Source: Schizochytrium sp. TIO01
Lineage: Eukaryota; Protista; Bigyra: Labyrinthulomycetes
Assembly: GCA_004764695.1 (NCBI GenBank)
Contig: SMSO01000025.1
Location: 1,488,001 to 1,552,000 of the forward strand
DNA: 64,000 nucleotides
Direction: 5' to 3'
The notes under the pieces were generated by a model. It was not told the DNA's origin. It saw only the letters and a program-made list of their open reading frames with translations, and made no database searches. Shown piece by piece: positions 15,001 through 26,734 of the stretch (position 1 is its first letter; each line of letters starts with the position of its first letter). A program made the translations under genes and the position numbers.

Positions 15001-18000
15001 GTTCCTGTAGTGTTACCTGCAGACAAAAGGATCGAACCACCGTCTTTCAAAGTACCAGCGCCAACTACCATTGAAATGTTTGCACTAGTCTCCGCATTTC
15101 CCGTACGAAGAATGATTTCACCAGCAGCACCATTAGAGGCCGTCCCTGTGATAAACTGAATAGCGCCGCTATTGCCTCGTATACTTGCTGCAGGTGCAGA
15201 TTCGATATAAATTGACCCGCTACTCGATGCATCAGACTGACCAGATCGGAGGCGAATGGACCCACCAGTACCGCCAGACAAGCCCATACTACCAGCACGG
15301 ATCGTAACGTTTCCACCGTTTCCAGTTGCACCCTTTCCAACTGTGATGTTAATATTACCACCATGACCACCTGCAAGAGAATCTCCTGTCGTAATCGTAA
15401 AGTTGCCCGAGTCTCCAAAGGATGCAGCTCCAGTGACCAATTGCATGTTTCCAGACACCCCCTTCAAACCAGCGTTGGCAGAGGCAATTGTAACATTCCC
15501 GCTGGAGCCACCTGCACTCCGACCAGAAATCATGGTAAGGTTACCTCCATACCCACCTTGAGAGAACCCAGCAGCAATATAGACTTCGCCACCGACGTTC
15601 TTCGTGTCATCAGATCCCAACGTAGCACCGGCACGAATTATAATCCGGCCGCCATAACCAGAGCTTGCGTCTGTGTTATTTCCAGCAAAAATCTCAACTG
15701 GGCCACCGTATTGGCCTTCGGCTGTAGTATCGCCAGCTTTAAGTCGAATTCGACCACCTGTGCCAACTGTAGCTGATCCAACACTTAGATCAATGCGACC
15801 ACCAGCACCACTCTTCATTGCATCGCCTGTGTTCAGAACAATAGCGCCAGACGTACCCTTGGTTGCAGTACCAGTCGAGAGTTGAATGGGTCCACTTGTC
15901 CCACCCAGACCGGTTCCACCTGTAGGGGTCATAATCGAGATGGCACCCGATGAGCTTGTGGTCCCTTCACCACTTGTAATGCTAATGAACCCCCCAGTGA
16001 AGCCCGGAGCGGTGGTATTTCCAGCCCGGATTTCAACGTTACCACCGCTGTATGTTTGGCCTGTACCAACCAGCAAGCGGATGTTGCCACCGCTGCCACC
16101 AGTTGAATTTCCTGTGAGAATATCGATACCTCCAGATGACTGGCGGGTACCAAAGCCAGTTTCTAGTTTAATGTAGCCGCTGCGTCCGCTAGTTCCTGAG
16201 TTGGAGGTCTGAATGTTGACAAAGCCACTATCAGCGCCTGCACTGAGACCTGTCATCATTGAGATCGACCCCCCTGTACCTGTAGCAGAGTTTGATCGAC
16301 CCGCAGTCATTAGGATGTTGCCACCACGGCCAGAATCACCTGTTCCAATACTCATGATGATGTCCCCTCCATGCCCATCTGCGGCGTGACCAGTGGTCAC
16401 GTTGAAAGAGCCAGATGAACCTGCTTGTGAATTGCCTGTGGTTAAGGTCATAGCCCCGCTGACACCATCAGGTCCAGAGTTAGAGGTAAGAATAGTAACA
16501 GAACCTGAGGTTCGGGAGCTGCTTTTGCCCGTGGCCATATAGATCTGCCCACCCGTACCACCTGTACTGGAACCGCCGTTCACATAGATACTGCCACCGT
16601 CATTGGCACGACTCTGTCCAGCAGCAAGACCAGCAGTAATATTGATATGGCCTCCAGATCCACCATTCGTACGGTCATTTGAAAGACCATGCCCAGCTTG
16701 GATTTTAATAGGTCCACCACGAGTTCCCTCGGTAGTAGTATTACCAGCTACAAGGGTGATGTTGCCACCCTTCGAGAATCCGCTGCCCGATCCAGTACCC
16801 ACTTGGACTATAAAGCTGCCACCACGACCGTCCATAGAGGTACCTGTGGTAAAAGAATAAAGACCTGAGTTGCCTGATGAAGTAGTGCCTGTTTTAAATT
16901 GGATGGAACCACTGACACCTTCTTTGCCAGCATTTGGCGTTGAGATCCAGATGTCACCACTCGAAGAATAGGAGCTTGCGCCAGAGGTGACAGTTATGGA
17001 GCCTCCGGAGACCTCATTTCTGGAGTCAGTAGTATTCCCTGCCATGAGGTAGACGTTGCCACCGCTGCCAACAGATCCAGAACCGACTGTCATATTAAGA
17101 TGGCCTGCTTTCCCGTCCATAGCTGCGCCGGTTTCAATGTGGATGTAACCAGAATCACCTTCACTTGCGGTACCAGTACGAAGGATCATACGTCCAGAGA
17201 CACCGGCTGAGCCAGCATTGGCAGTTTCCAACACAAGCTCGCCACTACTGCGTTGAGAGGAGTAGCCAGTTGCCATGAGAATAGAACCACCAGTTCCCCG
17301 CACGCTCGAGCCTGCATTCAGCGTAATATTTCCACCTCGATCTTGAGAGTTCAAGCCAGCAGCATGTCCACCATACAAATGAATATCTCCACCATCTCCT
17401 CCGTTTGAGCTAGAAGATGAGCTACCTTCACCAGCACGAAGTTCTATGCTTCCTCCTTGTTGGGCTGCCTTGGTAGTTTCACCAGCAGTGATCAGAACGT
17501 CACCGCCATCCTTCTGATTACCCCGACCAACAAATAGTTCAATGTTTCCACCTTTACCACCTTTGGCATCTCCAGAGCGCATGCGAACAATACCAGAATC
17601 GCCATCAGTACTGTGACCAGTTACAAGAGATATGCTACCAGAGACACCATCTTTGCCCGCATCGGCGGTAGAGATGTTAACACGTCCACTTGAGGTTTCT
17701 CGTCCAAAGCCAGTCGTGAGGAGAATAGATCCACCGCTGCCCTTATAAGCTTGACCACCAGTCAGATTCACGTATCCACCAACATCATTCTCGTCTTCGC
17801 CGAGTGCTTCACCACCAATGATGGTCACATTACCACCATCACCACCATTAGTCCCATCGTCACTAGAGCCAAGTCCACCTCGGATTTCGACATACCCACC
17901 AGCTTTCTTATCTGCAGTAGACTCGCCAGCAATCAAGCTGATGTAGCCACCGTTTCCTGAGTTTCCCTGCCCAACTTGAACTGTGAAGGATCCACCATGG

Positions 18001-21000
18001 CCAGATGTTGCTTTTCCTGTGTCGAATGAAATTTCGCCAGTACTACCTTTACTAGAAGTGCCTGTTTCAAAATGCATAGCACCACTAACTCCCGATTTTC
18101 CGGCATTTGGTGTGTTGAGATAAAACGACCCGCTTGATGTTTCGGAGGAGTATCCAGTTTTCATACGAATCTCACCTCCACTTCCTTTCTTCGCTGTTGT
18201 GGTGCCTGATGTTACATAAATGTCCCCTCCAGAGCCGGAATTACCCGTACCAACGAGTAGTTGAATATTTCCAGCATTGCCATTGTTCGCATTGCCAGTG
18301 GTAACATAGTACGCTCCAGACGGCCCATTGGTTGAATCACCTGTAGCAAGAGAGATGGAGCCCGAAACACCCTTAGTGCCCGCATCGGCTGTACTAATGA
18401 CGATATGTCCACTAGTCGTTGCCTTGCTAAAGCCAGATGTAAGTAAAATATCACCACCAGTTGCCTGGCGAGCGTAACCAGCTTGCAACTCAATATTTCC
18501 TCCTGTGTCGTATGAAGAAGTGCCTTGGGCTGCTCCACCATATATCTGGACCTTACCACCATTGCCACCATCAGAAAAGTCAGTACTTGAGCCCTCGCCA
18601 GCTGTGAGAACAATATCACCTCCAATCGTTGCTTTATCTGTAGCCTCGCCAGCAGTGATGAGAACATCACCACCATTTCCACTGTGGCCAGTTCCAACAT
18701 AAAGGCGAATGTCACCTCCATGCCCTTCATTGGCCTCTCCTGTGCCGAGAGCGATCATACCTGAGTTGCCGTCACTTGTGGTTCCTGTACTGAGTGAAAT
18801 GCCACCAGAAACACCAATAAGACCTGCATTTGGTGTACGGAGGGAGAAAGATCCGGAGCTCGTCTGAGCAGAGTATCCAGTTGTCATGGAGATATAACCA
18901 CCAGAAGCTCCGGAAGAGTCAGTGGTAGTACCTGCAGATATAGATACGTGTCCACCTTCTCCATAGTTACCAGTTCCAACAAAAAGGTTGATAAAACCTG
19001 ATTTTCCGCCCATGGCCTTGCCTGTCTCGATTGAAATAAAACCACTATTGCCTAGGCTTGTTGTTCCCGTGGACAACGTCATTGCTCCGCTGATACCAGA
19101 GCTTCCTGCGTTGCTTGTGTCAATGATAATGTGACCAGAGCTTGTACCCGTTCCGGTACCGGAGGTGATTCGCATAGAACCACCCGTGCCAGCAAACGAG
19201 CGACCTCCATTAATAATTACGTCACCACCAGCATCAATGGCAGCAGTGCCGCGGGCTTCTCCACCATAAATCCCTACATAGCCACCATCACCACCATCAG
19301 CCGAGTGCGCACTTGCTCCTTGGCCCGCTCGAATCTCGACGGCACCACCAGCACTTGCGGCATCCAGACTCGTGCCTGCGGTGAGCAGGATAGCACCACC
19401 ATCGCCCATGTCACCAGTACCCACAGAGAGAACGATATCTCCACCTTTACCGTCAGTGGCATATCCTGTTTCCAACGCCATTGTTCCAGAGTCTCCGGCA
19501 GTAGCAACACCAGAACGAAGCACAACATCACCGCTTACACCGCTCGTGCCAGCATCCGAGGAAGCCACTAGAACCGACCCACTCGAGCGCTCAACACCAG
19601 CACCTGATGTAATCGAAATTGAACCGCCATTACCACCGGCTGAAACACCACCTGCAAGCTCAACGTTACCGCCAGCATCTGATGTAGAGCGGCCTTTAGC
19701 TTCGCCACCAACGAGTCGAACTAGACCGCCATTGCCGCCATTGCTGAGGTCATTGTCACTGCCCTCACCACCAGAAATGATAACCCGACCTCCAGTAGCA
19801 GCATTAGACTTGGCAAGACCAGCAGCAATAATGATATCGCCACCGTCTCCTTCCTCAGATGTTCCGACTGCAATGCTAATGTCTCCTGCAGTACCATCGT
19901 TTGCGGCCCCTGTAGTAATAGATATAATGCCTGAGTCTCCAGCTGAGGTAGTCCCAGTGCTGAGAGTGATGGACCCAGAAACTCCAGCAGGTCCTGCGTT
20001 CGATGTGAAGATTGAAACGCTTCCACTTGATGTTTCTGTACCGACTCCGCTTCCAAGGATAATATCACCACCGTAATTGTTAGTACTTTCACCGCCTTGG
20101 AGAACGATGGCGCCACCAGGTGAGTCAGAAGAAAAACCACCGATCAGATAGACTTCGCCACCACTGCCTGCAGATCCTCCAGATGAGGCATCGCCTCCAG
20201 CATCTCCACCACGAATGATAACATCTCCTCCACTTCCTCCGTTAATAGATGAACCTGTGCCTGCAGTGAGCTCAATATTACCTCCAGTGGAGTCATCCTC
20301 GGTAGAGTCACCAGCACTAAGACTAATAGAACCACCGGTTCCAGAGCCCGAAGTGCCAATACTGATGCTCACAGAGCCTGATTGTCCGGTACCCTGAGCA
20401 GACCCACTCGCAATGACAATGTCGCCAGCAACACCTGAACCGGTGTCACCGGTCTGAATAGTGATTGATCCAGTACCTGCACTTGAGTCATCACCAAGGC
20501 TTGATGCAGTAAGTACGGAAACTCCACCTGAGGACGAGTTACGCGCTGTTCCACTTTCGATGGTAATATTACCCCCAGACAAGCTTGGGTCAAGAGTGCG
20601 ACCAGCCTGGAGGGATAGGTCACCACCACGACCGGAGGTACTTAGACCAACTGAGATAGATATGGCTCCTCCTTGACTTGAAGATGAGTTTCCAGACACG
20701 ATTTGAATTGAACCTGCATCCCCAGCAACAGCATTGCCTGTGTTAAGGTTAAGCTGGCCGGAGGATCCTGCAGAAGCCGATTCAGCAGAGGTAAGGTAGA
20801 CATCACCAGAACCAAGGCCCAGACTCGTGCCACTCTCGATATGGATATCTCCACCTGGTCCCGCTTGTGCCGATCCACCATATAGAAGTAGATCACCTCC
20901 TGAATCAGATGTACCAGACCCGTTGGCTACACCTCCGGTGAGCTGTACGCTTCCACCTCGCTGACCGTATCCGCCGTCAAGCCTGATGGCACCACCAGAA

Positions 21001-22460
21001 CGGGTTGCTTCAACAGCTCCTCCTGCTACAAGTTCAATATTTCCACCATGTCCGCTTGTTGTGGCAGTTCCAACACTAAGCAAAATACGTCCGGGCATCT
21101 CACCATCCGCATCGCCAGTCTCGAGCACAATGGAGCCGCTTGGCCCATCAATTGCTGATCCAGTGAAGAGATTGATTGAGCCTGATGATCCGCCTGAGGG
21201 ACTGGAGTTGGCACTCATAATGGTGATGTGGCCTGAAGAAGAACTGTCACTAGCACCAGAGGCAAAAATAAGGTCTCCACCAGTCGCAGCAAACGCTTCA
21301 CCTGCAGTGATTTCTACGTTGCCACCTGTGTAGACACCTGCCTCTGATGCAAGAGTCTTGCCAGCCTGAAGGCGGAGAGAACCAGGTTGCAGAGCGGCAT
21401 CACCAGTAGAGAGAAGGAGGCTACCAGAGTTACCAGATGAGGAGCTTCCCGATGTAACACGGATATGACCAGATAGGTCGATAGCATCTGCAGAGGCAAT
21501 GCTAATTCCACCGCTAGTAGTGCTCTGGCTTGCTCCAGAGAGGAAATCAAGACGGCCGCCGGTTGCGTGAGAAGAGTAGCCTGCACGCAAGATAACCCGT
21601 CCACCAGTTGCATCTGTCGATGAGCCTGCTACTAGTTCCACATCACCACCAGTGCCGGCACCACCTTGAGCAGTGGTACCAGCACCGGTGCCAGCAGAAA
21701 GTCTAATGTGTCCTCCTGCGCCGCGGTTATAGTTGAGGCCATCACCAGCGTCAATGGTGACATCACCACCACGCTCATTGACCCCTGTGCGGTTTCCAGC
21801 AGTCACATTGACGTCTTCAGCAGATTGCAAAACCAGTGCTGTGTCAGTGAGGCTGAACTCAAATTTGTTGCCAGTCTCATCGGCTTCGCCAGACACAGAG
21901 ATGTGTCCGCCGCCAAATACTGGATCAGGCTCTACCACAAGATTGCCAATGACTCGGTTGATACCTACAAAGGATGCTGGACATGGCGGGTCAAAGACTG
22001 TTCCGCGGCATCCGTTGGAAAAAACTTCTGTGAGAATCATACAGGAGCTCTCCGAAGGGCACCACGCACAGTCTTCATGAGACGCACAAGATTCGCAATC
22101 ATCAAATTCACCGCAAGCCGGAGGAATAGGACAGGAGTCCTGTGGCCCAAGCCAGTCAGGGCAAAACGTGCCATTGTCAGTCGGGCCATATTGATCTCCG
22201 CCAACGCAACGAAGGGTAGATAGACAGAACCCACATCCTGGAGTTTGAAGGCACGGCATACAAGTATTTTCAATTTCGTACCAGTATGGATTGTCACCTG
22301 TGCTTTCGTGTACGGCACAGGCACTGTTGGAATCGCCATCAACAGCGGCGATGTTCATGAGTGCAAGAAGAGCAAACATGCCCAAGAATGTATGGCGCGG
22401 CTTCAGGGTATGAGGCCGTCCATTCGCGTAAATTTGGGAACTTTTATGGATTCGCGACAT
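1..22460 (-). CDS. Giant secreted Gly/Ser-rich repeat (beta-solenoid fibre) polyprotein with 2 PSI-like domains and at least 2 internal Peptidase S74/ICA domains; one frame break at ~9027; 3' end outside the window
   Basis: ORF 9024..22487 (4487 aa) starts at TTG; the first ATG is at 22460 and a second at 22379. It ends GAA GGG TAA, but the +1 frame continues in repeat register (..STGNSTEG|NSGGIQLSTGTAFSGHGGEIRLAVG..). I read that frame as open from 9025 to base 2 (..ETLESSAVSQESAFN). The track lists no terminated ORF in that frame, consistent with no stop before the window edge. Confidence 0.9.
1240..1549 (-). other. Peptidase S74 / ICA domain 2 (MYRF-like)
   Basis: Manual translation: MYPSDQRIKQNIVDADMATVYHRLQNIELRQYEYTAQWRAIRGLGEAAVVRGVIAQELETVFPEYVNIIENLTFPEKNFSIADFHEVNKQAVTLDLVGALQVIHK. 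Ser codon 1547-1549, Lys codon 1532-1534, same frame as ICA 1. Confidence 0.9.
3040..3337 (-). other. Peptidase S74 / intramolecular chaperone auto-processing (ICA) domain 1
   Basis: Manual translation: SSSDRRIKRDIQSIDKNEILQRLQQVEVRKYRYTEEWAKIRRHDGSFVRGVIAQDLQEVFPEYVSVKAWGVPEQGVWYDDFHVIDKVAFIIDILAALQEQH. It has SDxRxK (Ser codon 3335-3337, Lys codon 3320-3322) and the G[VFL]IAQ[DE]..vfPe.V motif. Confidence 0.9.
21978..22319 (-). other. Two tandem PSI-like (plexin/semaphorin/integrin) Cys-rich domains
   Basis: TCMPCLQTPGCGFCLSTLRC...CPDW...CP and DCESCASHEDCAWCPSESSC...C...CP match the PSI pattern CxxC-x(4-5)-C-x-[WF]-C-x5-C. Confidence 0.75.
22335..22388 (-). other. Signal peptide/hydrophobic leader of the giant protein
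   Basis: FLGMFALLALMNIAAVDG follows basic residues (KPRH) and directly precedes a Cys-rich extracellular-type domain. Confidence 0.7.
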
Positions 22461-23898
22461 TGTGAAGCGCAAAAAAATGATAATCAATTTGCTCCTCAGT
22501 CTCTTGAATAAACCAAATGTTCCCTGTACAAACTAAGCTTCGAAGCACCCAAATGATAGGGAGACAGAACCACGGAAATGCCAAGAAATGGCTCTTGTCT
22601 TTTGGGACTTATCTCTAACAGAAGGTTGCAAAGCTACTAGAACTTATTTCGTGGTTCAATGAAAGGACCTTATTACAATAACAAGGTCAATAAAAGAACC
22701 CAAATGTAAATAAGAGAAACGAAAATCCGATCTCTCTATTACAGACAAAATCACACGCTGCAAGCGAATTATAGCAGGGCTTGAAGCCAAATGAAAAGGC
22801 TTGAGCTTCGCACAACCTGGAGCGAGTTCCTTCAATAGAAAGTCGTCGCCACACGAGACGAGAGAGACGCCACTCCCAAAGAAGGTAACAAAGTGAAAAG
22901 AGAAAAGCCGAAAAAAGAAAGCAAAGAGAAAGAAAACAGAAAGAAACCCACTCTAATTATCAGGTGACTGTGAAAATAACACCACTTAAAGGGCAAAAAG
23001 AAGAGGAGCAACCCACTAACTAATAAGTGGTACGCTTTCCTCCTTTCTCCTCTCTTCTTTCTTTCCACCTCTGCTTTTCTTCCTTCCTCCAGCTAGCTCT
23101 CCTCGAGAAGAAAGCGACCTCTTGCAGGCCTGTCTCTACACGCACGCTCCACGTCCGCTCGCGCTGCCGCGACCTCGACGACGCGGCTCCCGGCCAGCCA
23201 GAGACTGAGTCCTTCACGGTCAGGCGAGCAACTAAGCAAGCCAAAGCCAAAGGAGGCCTGCCTAGTCCCTGATACCCCAAACTCTAGCGAGCTCCCTTGC
23301 TCGCTCCTTCGCTCGATGCCGATCGATGCAACAGCACCGAATGCCGCTGCTGCCTGCCGGTAGCAGATCGACCCGAGGACCGACCTGCCTTTCCGACCGA
23401 CTTGAAGCGGCCTCCGCTACCGCTCTCGACCGCTTTCACGCCCGGACGCCTGCTTGACGTCGAGCCTCGCACGCGCAAACCGCCCTCGGCAGCCGCGCCT
23501 CCCGCCTGGAGTCTGCTGCGCTCTTCTCTTCTCCTCCTCTCTTCTGCTTCTACTTTTACGCAATTTTATATACTAATTATCCTCTGATTGCATCATAACT
23601 TGTATCATACTTATAAATAAGATAATATCATTTTGCTTACTCAATTCTCTAGCTTTAAAAATAATATGTATATTTATTAAAACTTCTTGTTTAATCGTAT
23701 GACGAGAGAATATATTATAATACAAGTTGCATTTAATTTCTATTTATTAATTTTTATTAATTAAAGGAAAGGTTTAAGTTTTAAAAATAAAATAAAAACT
23801 TTCATCGAATATTAAATAAACCATGCAGTAAGTGAGATGGTAAAGTCTCCTGGTACAAACATGTTTTTCTTTTTCCTGTTCTTATCTCTACTTGTTTA

Positions 23899-23940
23899 AT
23901 AATAAATAATAATAATAATAATAATGATGATAATATAATA
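23899..23940. repeat. Imperfect (AAT)n microsatellite in an AT-rich intergenic block
   Basis: aataataaataataataataataataatgatgataatataata. Confidence 0.75.
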
Positions 23941-26685
23941 TATTAAAAATCTCCTTTCAACGTTTGCAAAGTACGTAGATACTTAAGGTAAACTGGGTAG
24001 GGAATATAAGATCGAGAAACACAAGCACGCCGCAGTCTGCGAAATCCTTCGTTTACAAGCGAGGCGTCAACCAATGGCTTCGCCTGGAGCCTTGGAAAAG
24101 CTGGGTCTTCTTGATTGCAGAAGTGGTAGTAGCAATGAAAGCCATCGTGATCATGATATGATTTCGTGGTAGGCGTTCCGAACAGAATATATCTATATCT
24201 CTGCTACTTTTTTTTTTTTTTTTTTTTTCCCTAAAAAACAAAATCAAAGTAAAGCAAGACAGAGTAGTAAAGAAAAGAAATATCTACTAACCAATGTGGT
24301 TTTGTTATTTCTATTCTGGTCAGGTCGAATTAATCTTCAATGTCGGATCAGCAAAGGATCTTCTCCTTCTCCCAGGCATCCTCGCCATAAGCCATGGCTT
24401 CGCTTAACATTCCTTTTGCTGCTTTGGCTCCGAGTTAATTAATTCACCCTGTTCTATTTGACTTGAGCCCAACGAAAACATGCATACCATATGAGTATGA
24501 AATGTATGCATGAATGCATCTATGTAGGTAGGTACAATCTAATTCATTGAGGCAATCTTTCTTTAGAGCTCAAAAAGATGTGATGATTTATTTTTCCTGG
24601 TCTCAAGCCATAGCTGCCAGACTAGAGACAGGACCTGGAGAGGGAATAAACAACGCATTGTCGCACTATAGTTGGTGAGAAGCGCCAAAGGGTGCAGACG
24701 GTCTTCATGTCAGTATTTAGCATCACTATTCTTGTGAGTTTTTACAAGTTCTCTGGAGAGCCAACCGTCATAGTGTCTTCGAATACTTATTATTATTATT
24801 ATTATTATTAATGTTATTAATAAAAACCAAAGCAAAGAAACAAAGAAGAGCTATTTCAACGTTCATTATTACCTCCAACAGTGTGCTTTCAGGAAGCAGT
24901 GTGTTTTTCTTCTATTAAAATACCCTTTAAATCTTTAGGACGCTCGGAAGGGGAACGAGTGAGTGCTTCCCCTTTCGGCGTCTTTCAGATCGACCACACA
25001 ATGGCATTTAATTGATACAAGAATCATATCACCGTTATAGTGACTAATCAGGCAGGTCCTTCGAAAGGGTATATAGCATCTGCTTAGAACCCATTTAGGT
25101 GCCCATTGTCGTGCGATCTTCTCGAGATCACACGGGAAAAATCATTCGCAGCGTTGCTTTGACTGGGCGCTCTCTAGCTAGGGACAAGAGCGAAGTGTTG
25201 TCAGATATTGCGTTAGACTACGTTACTGATTAGAGTTTCGACCCTGCAACAACTCGTGGTTTCGTGTTCATTGAAGCCCTTGCTTTTTTTTTTCCCACTC
25301 TGTAATCAATATTAAACTTGTATTTCATCGACAAAAGCTCCCTCCATCCGAAGCGTCTTTCTTTCGCACTTTTTTTTTTTTTTTTTTTTTTTAAATTCAT
25401 CCACGCAGACGCAGATGCAGCCGTAGAAGGCTTTTTTCTTTTCTTTTCTTTTCTTTTCTTTAAATAAATAAGGTTTGATTAATTATAAACGTGCCCTATA
25501 TACAGATGCGCAGTCCTCGTGACTCCTAAAGCTCAAAGCGATATGAAAGCTGGTCCTCTACATATCAGAGGGCCACCGACGCCACTTTCCGAAGAGAGGG
25601 CATCTCACCTCGCTGCTTCATGCCATCTACGGCCGTGGATGGAAAAGCTTCTTCTTCCTCTTATTGTTCTGTTTATTATCAATACAGATATCATTCAAGT
25701 AAACAAAACAATGCTTATATATTTGATGCGTTTCTTCTTTTGCCCGCAATGAAAGCAAAACCACACGTGTAGATAGACAACTTGAATGAACATGGCGATT
25801 GGGTGAGATCCGGAGCCTTTCCATGAATAGTTAGTTAGTTATTACCACTTAGCACAATGTCAATCAGACTTCTTTTTTGCTGCACTCCCCTAAAATCTCT
25901 CCAAACGTTTTTAATTTTTTAATTTTAAAATTTAAAAAATTAAGTAAATAAAATCATTACATTTTATGAACGAATGGATAGCCATTAGGGTCATTTGGCA
26001 TCATCGCCAAGTGAGTAGGAGACTACGAACTTCATATCCAGAAGACTTGAAGCGAGGAATGCTAAATCTAAAAGGTCCGATTGGAGTGCAAATGCAGCTT
26101 CGCTGGCAAATAAGTCCACGAGTCTCAGTCAATAAGCAGTGAAGGGAAAAAAACCATACATCATGAACCCTCTATCTACTTATCAGCTTCCGTCCTCTAC
26201 CTAGTAGCTAGCTACTTACTCACTGCCTACCTAAGATGGATCTCTGCGGCGCAGCCATCCGCTCTTCCACTAATTGAGGTGGTCAGTCAAAATCTTTCAT
26301 CGATTTCTTCTTCTTCTTCTTCTTCTTCTTTCTCAATTTAAATTAAATGTCAAAGCGAAACAATCAACGAGTATGTGGATACTCAAGTACTAGGGACCTG
26401 CTAGGTGCATAGGCAAACACTGCTACTAGGACTACATAAGTAGCTACTACGCCGCGGGAGAAGGAGAGAAAGAGCTTTCTAATAGAAACAAGCACCGACT
26501 CGTTTTCCTTCTATCGATTGAAGTTGGCTCTAGACCCTAGATCGACGCTAGGCAATACGCATAGCGCGGGACTTGCGTGTCTTTCTTTTCAAGAATTTCG
26601 TAATGCGGTTCACACTCTCACCTTGCAGGCGAGCCAAAGAAAAAGCGTTTTCCTCCTTTTTCACTTCAAGGAGAGAAAGACCTCC

Positions 26686-26686
<1 letters not shown>

Positions 26687-26733
<47 letters not shown>

Positions 26734-26734
26734 T
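26687..26734. repeat. (CTTT)12 microsatellite
   Basis: Perfect 48-bp tetranucleotide run. Confidence 0.95.

Noticed and set aside
3600-21900. Ice-nucleation protein, RTX toxin or PE-PGRS identity for the repeats
   Set aside because: The AGYGSTxT octamers, GGxGxDxL nonamers and PGRS GGAGG pattern are absent; the unit is a distinct GGx[IVL]x[IVL]xxG coil.
168-22223. Dozens of plus-strand Pro-rich ORFs and short off-frame minus-strand ORFs
   Set aside because: They are antisense or off-frame shadows of the Gly-rich giant gene (GGN codons read as Pro on the other strand).
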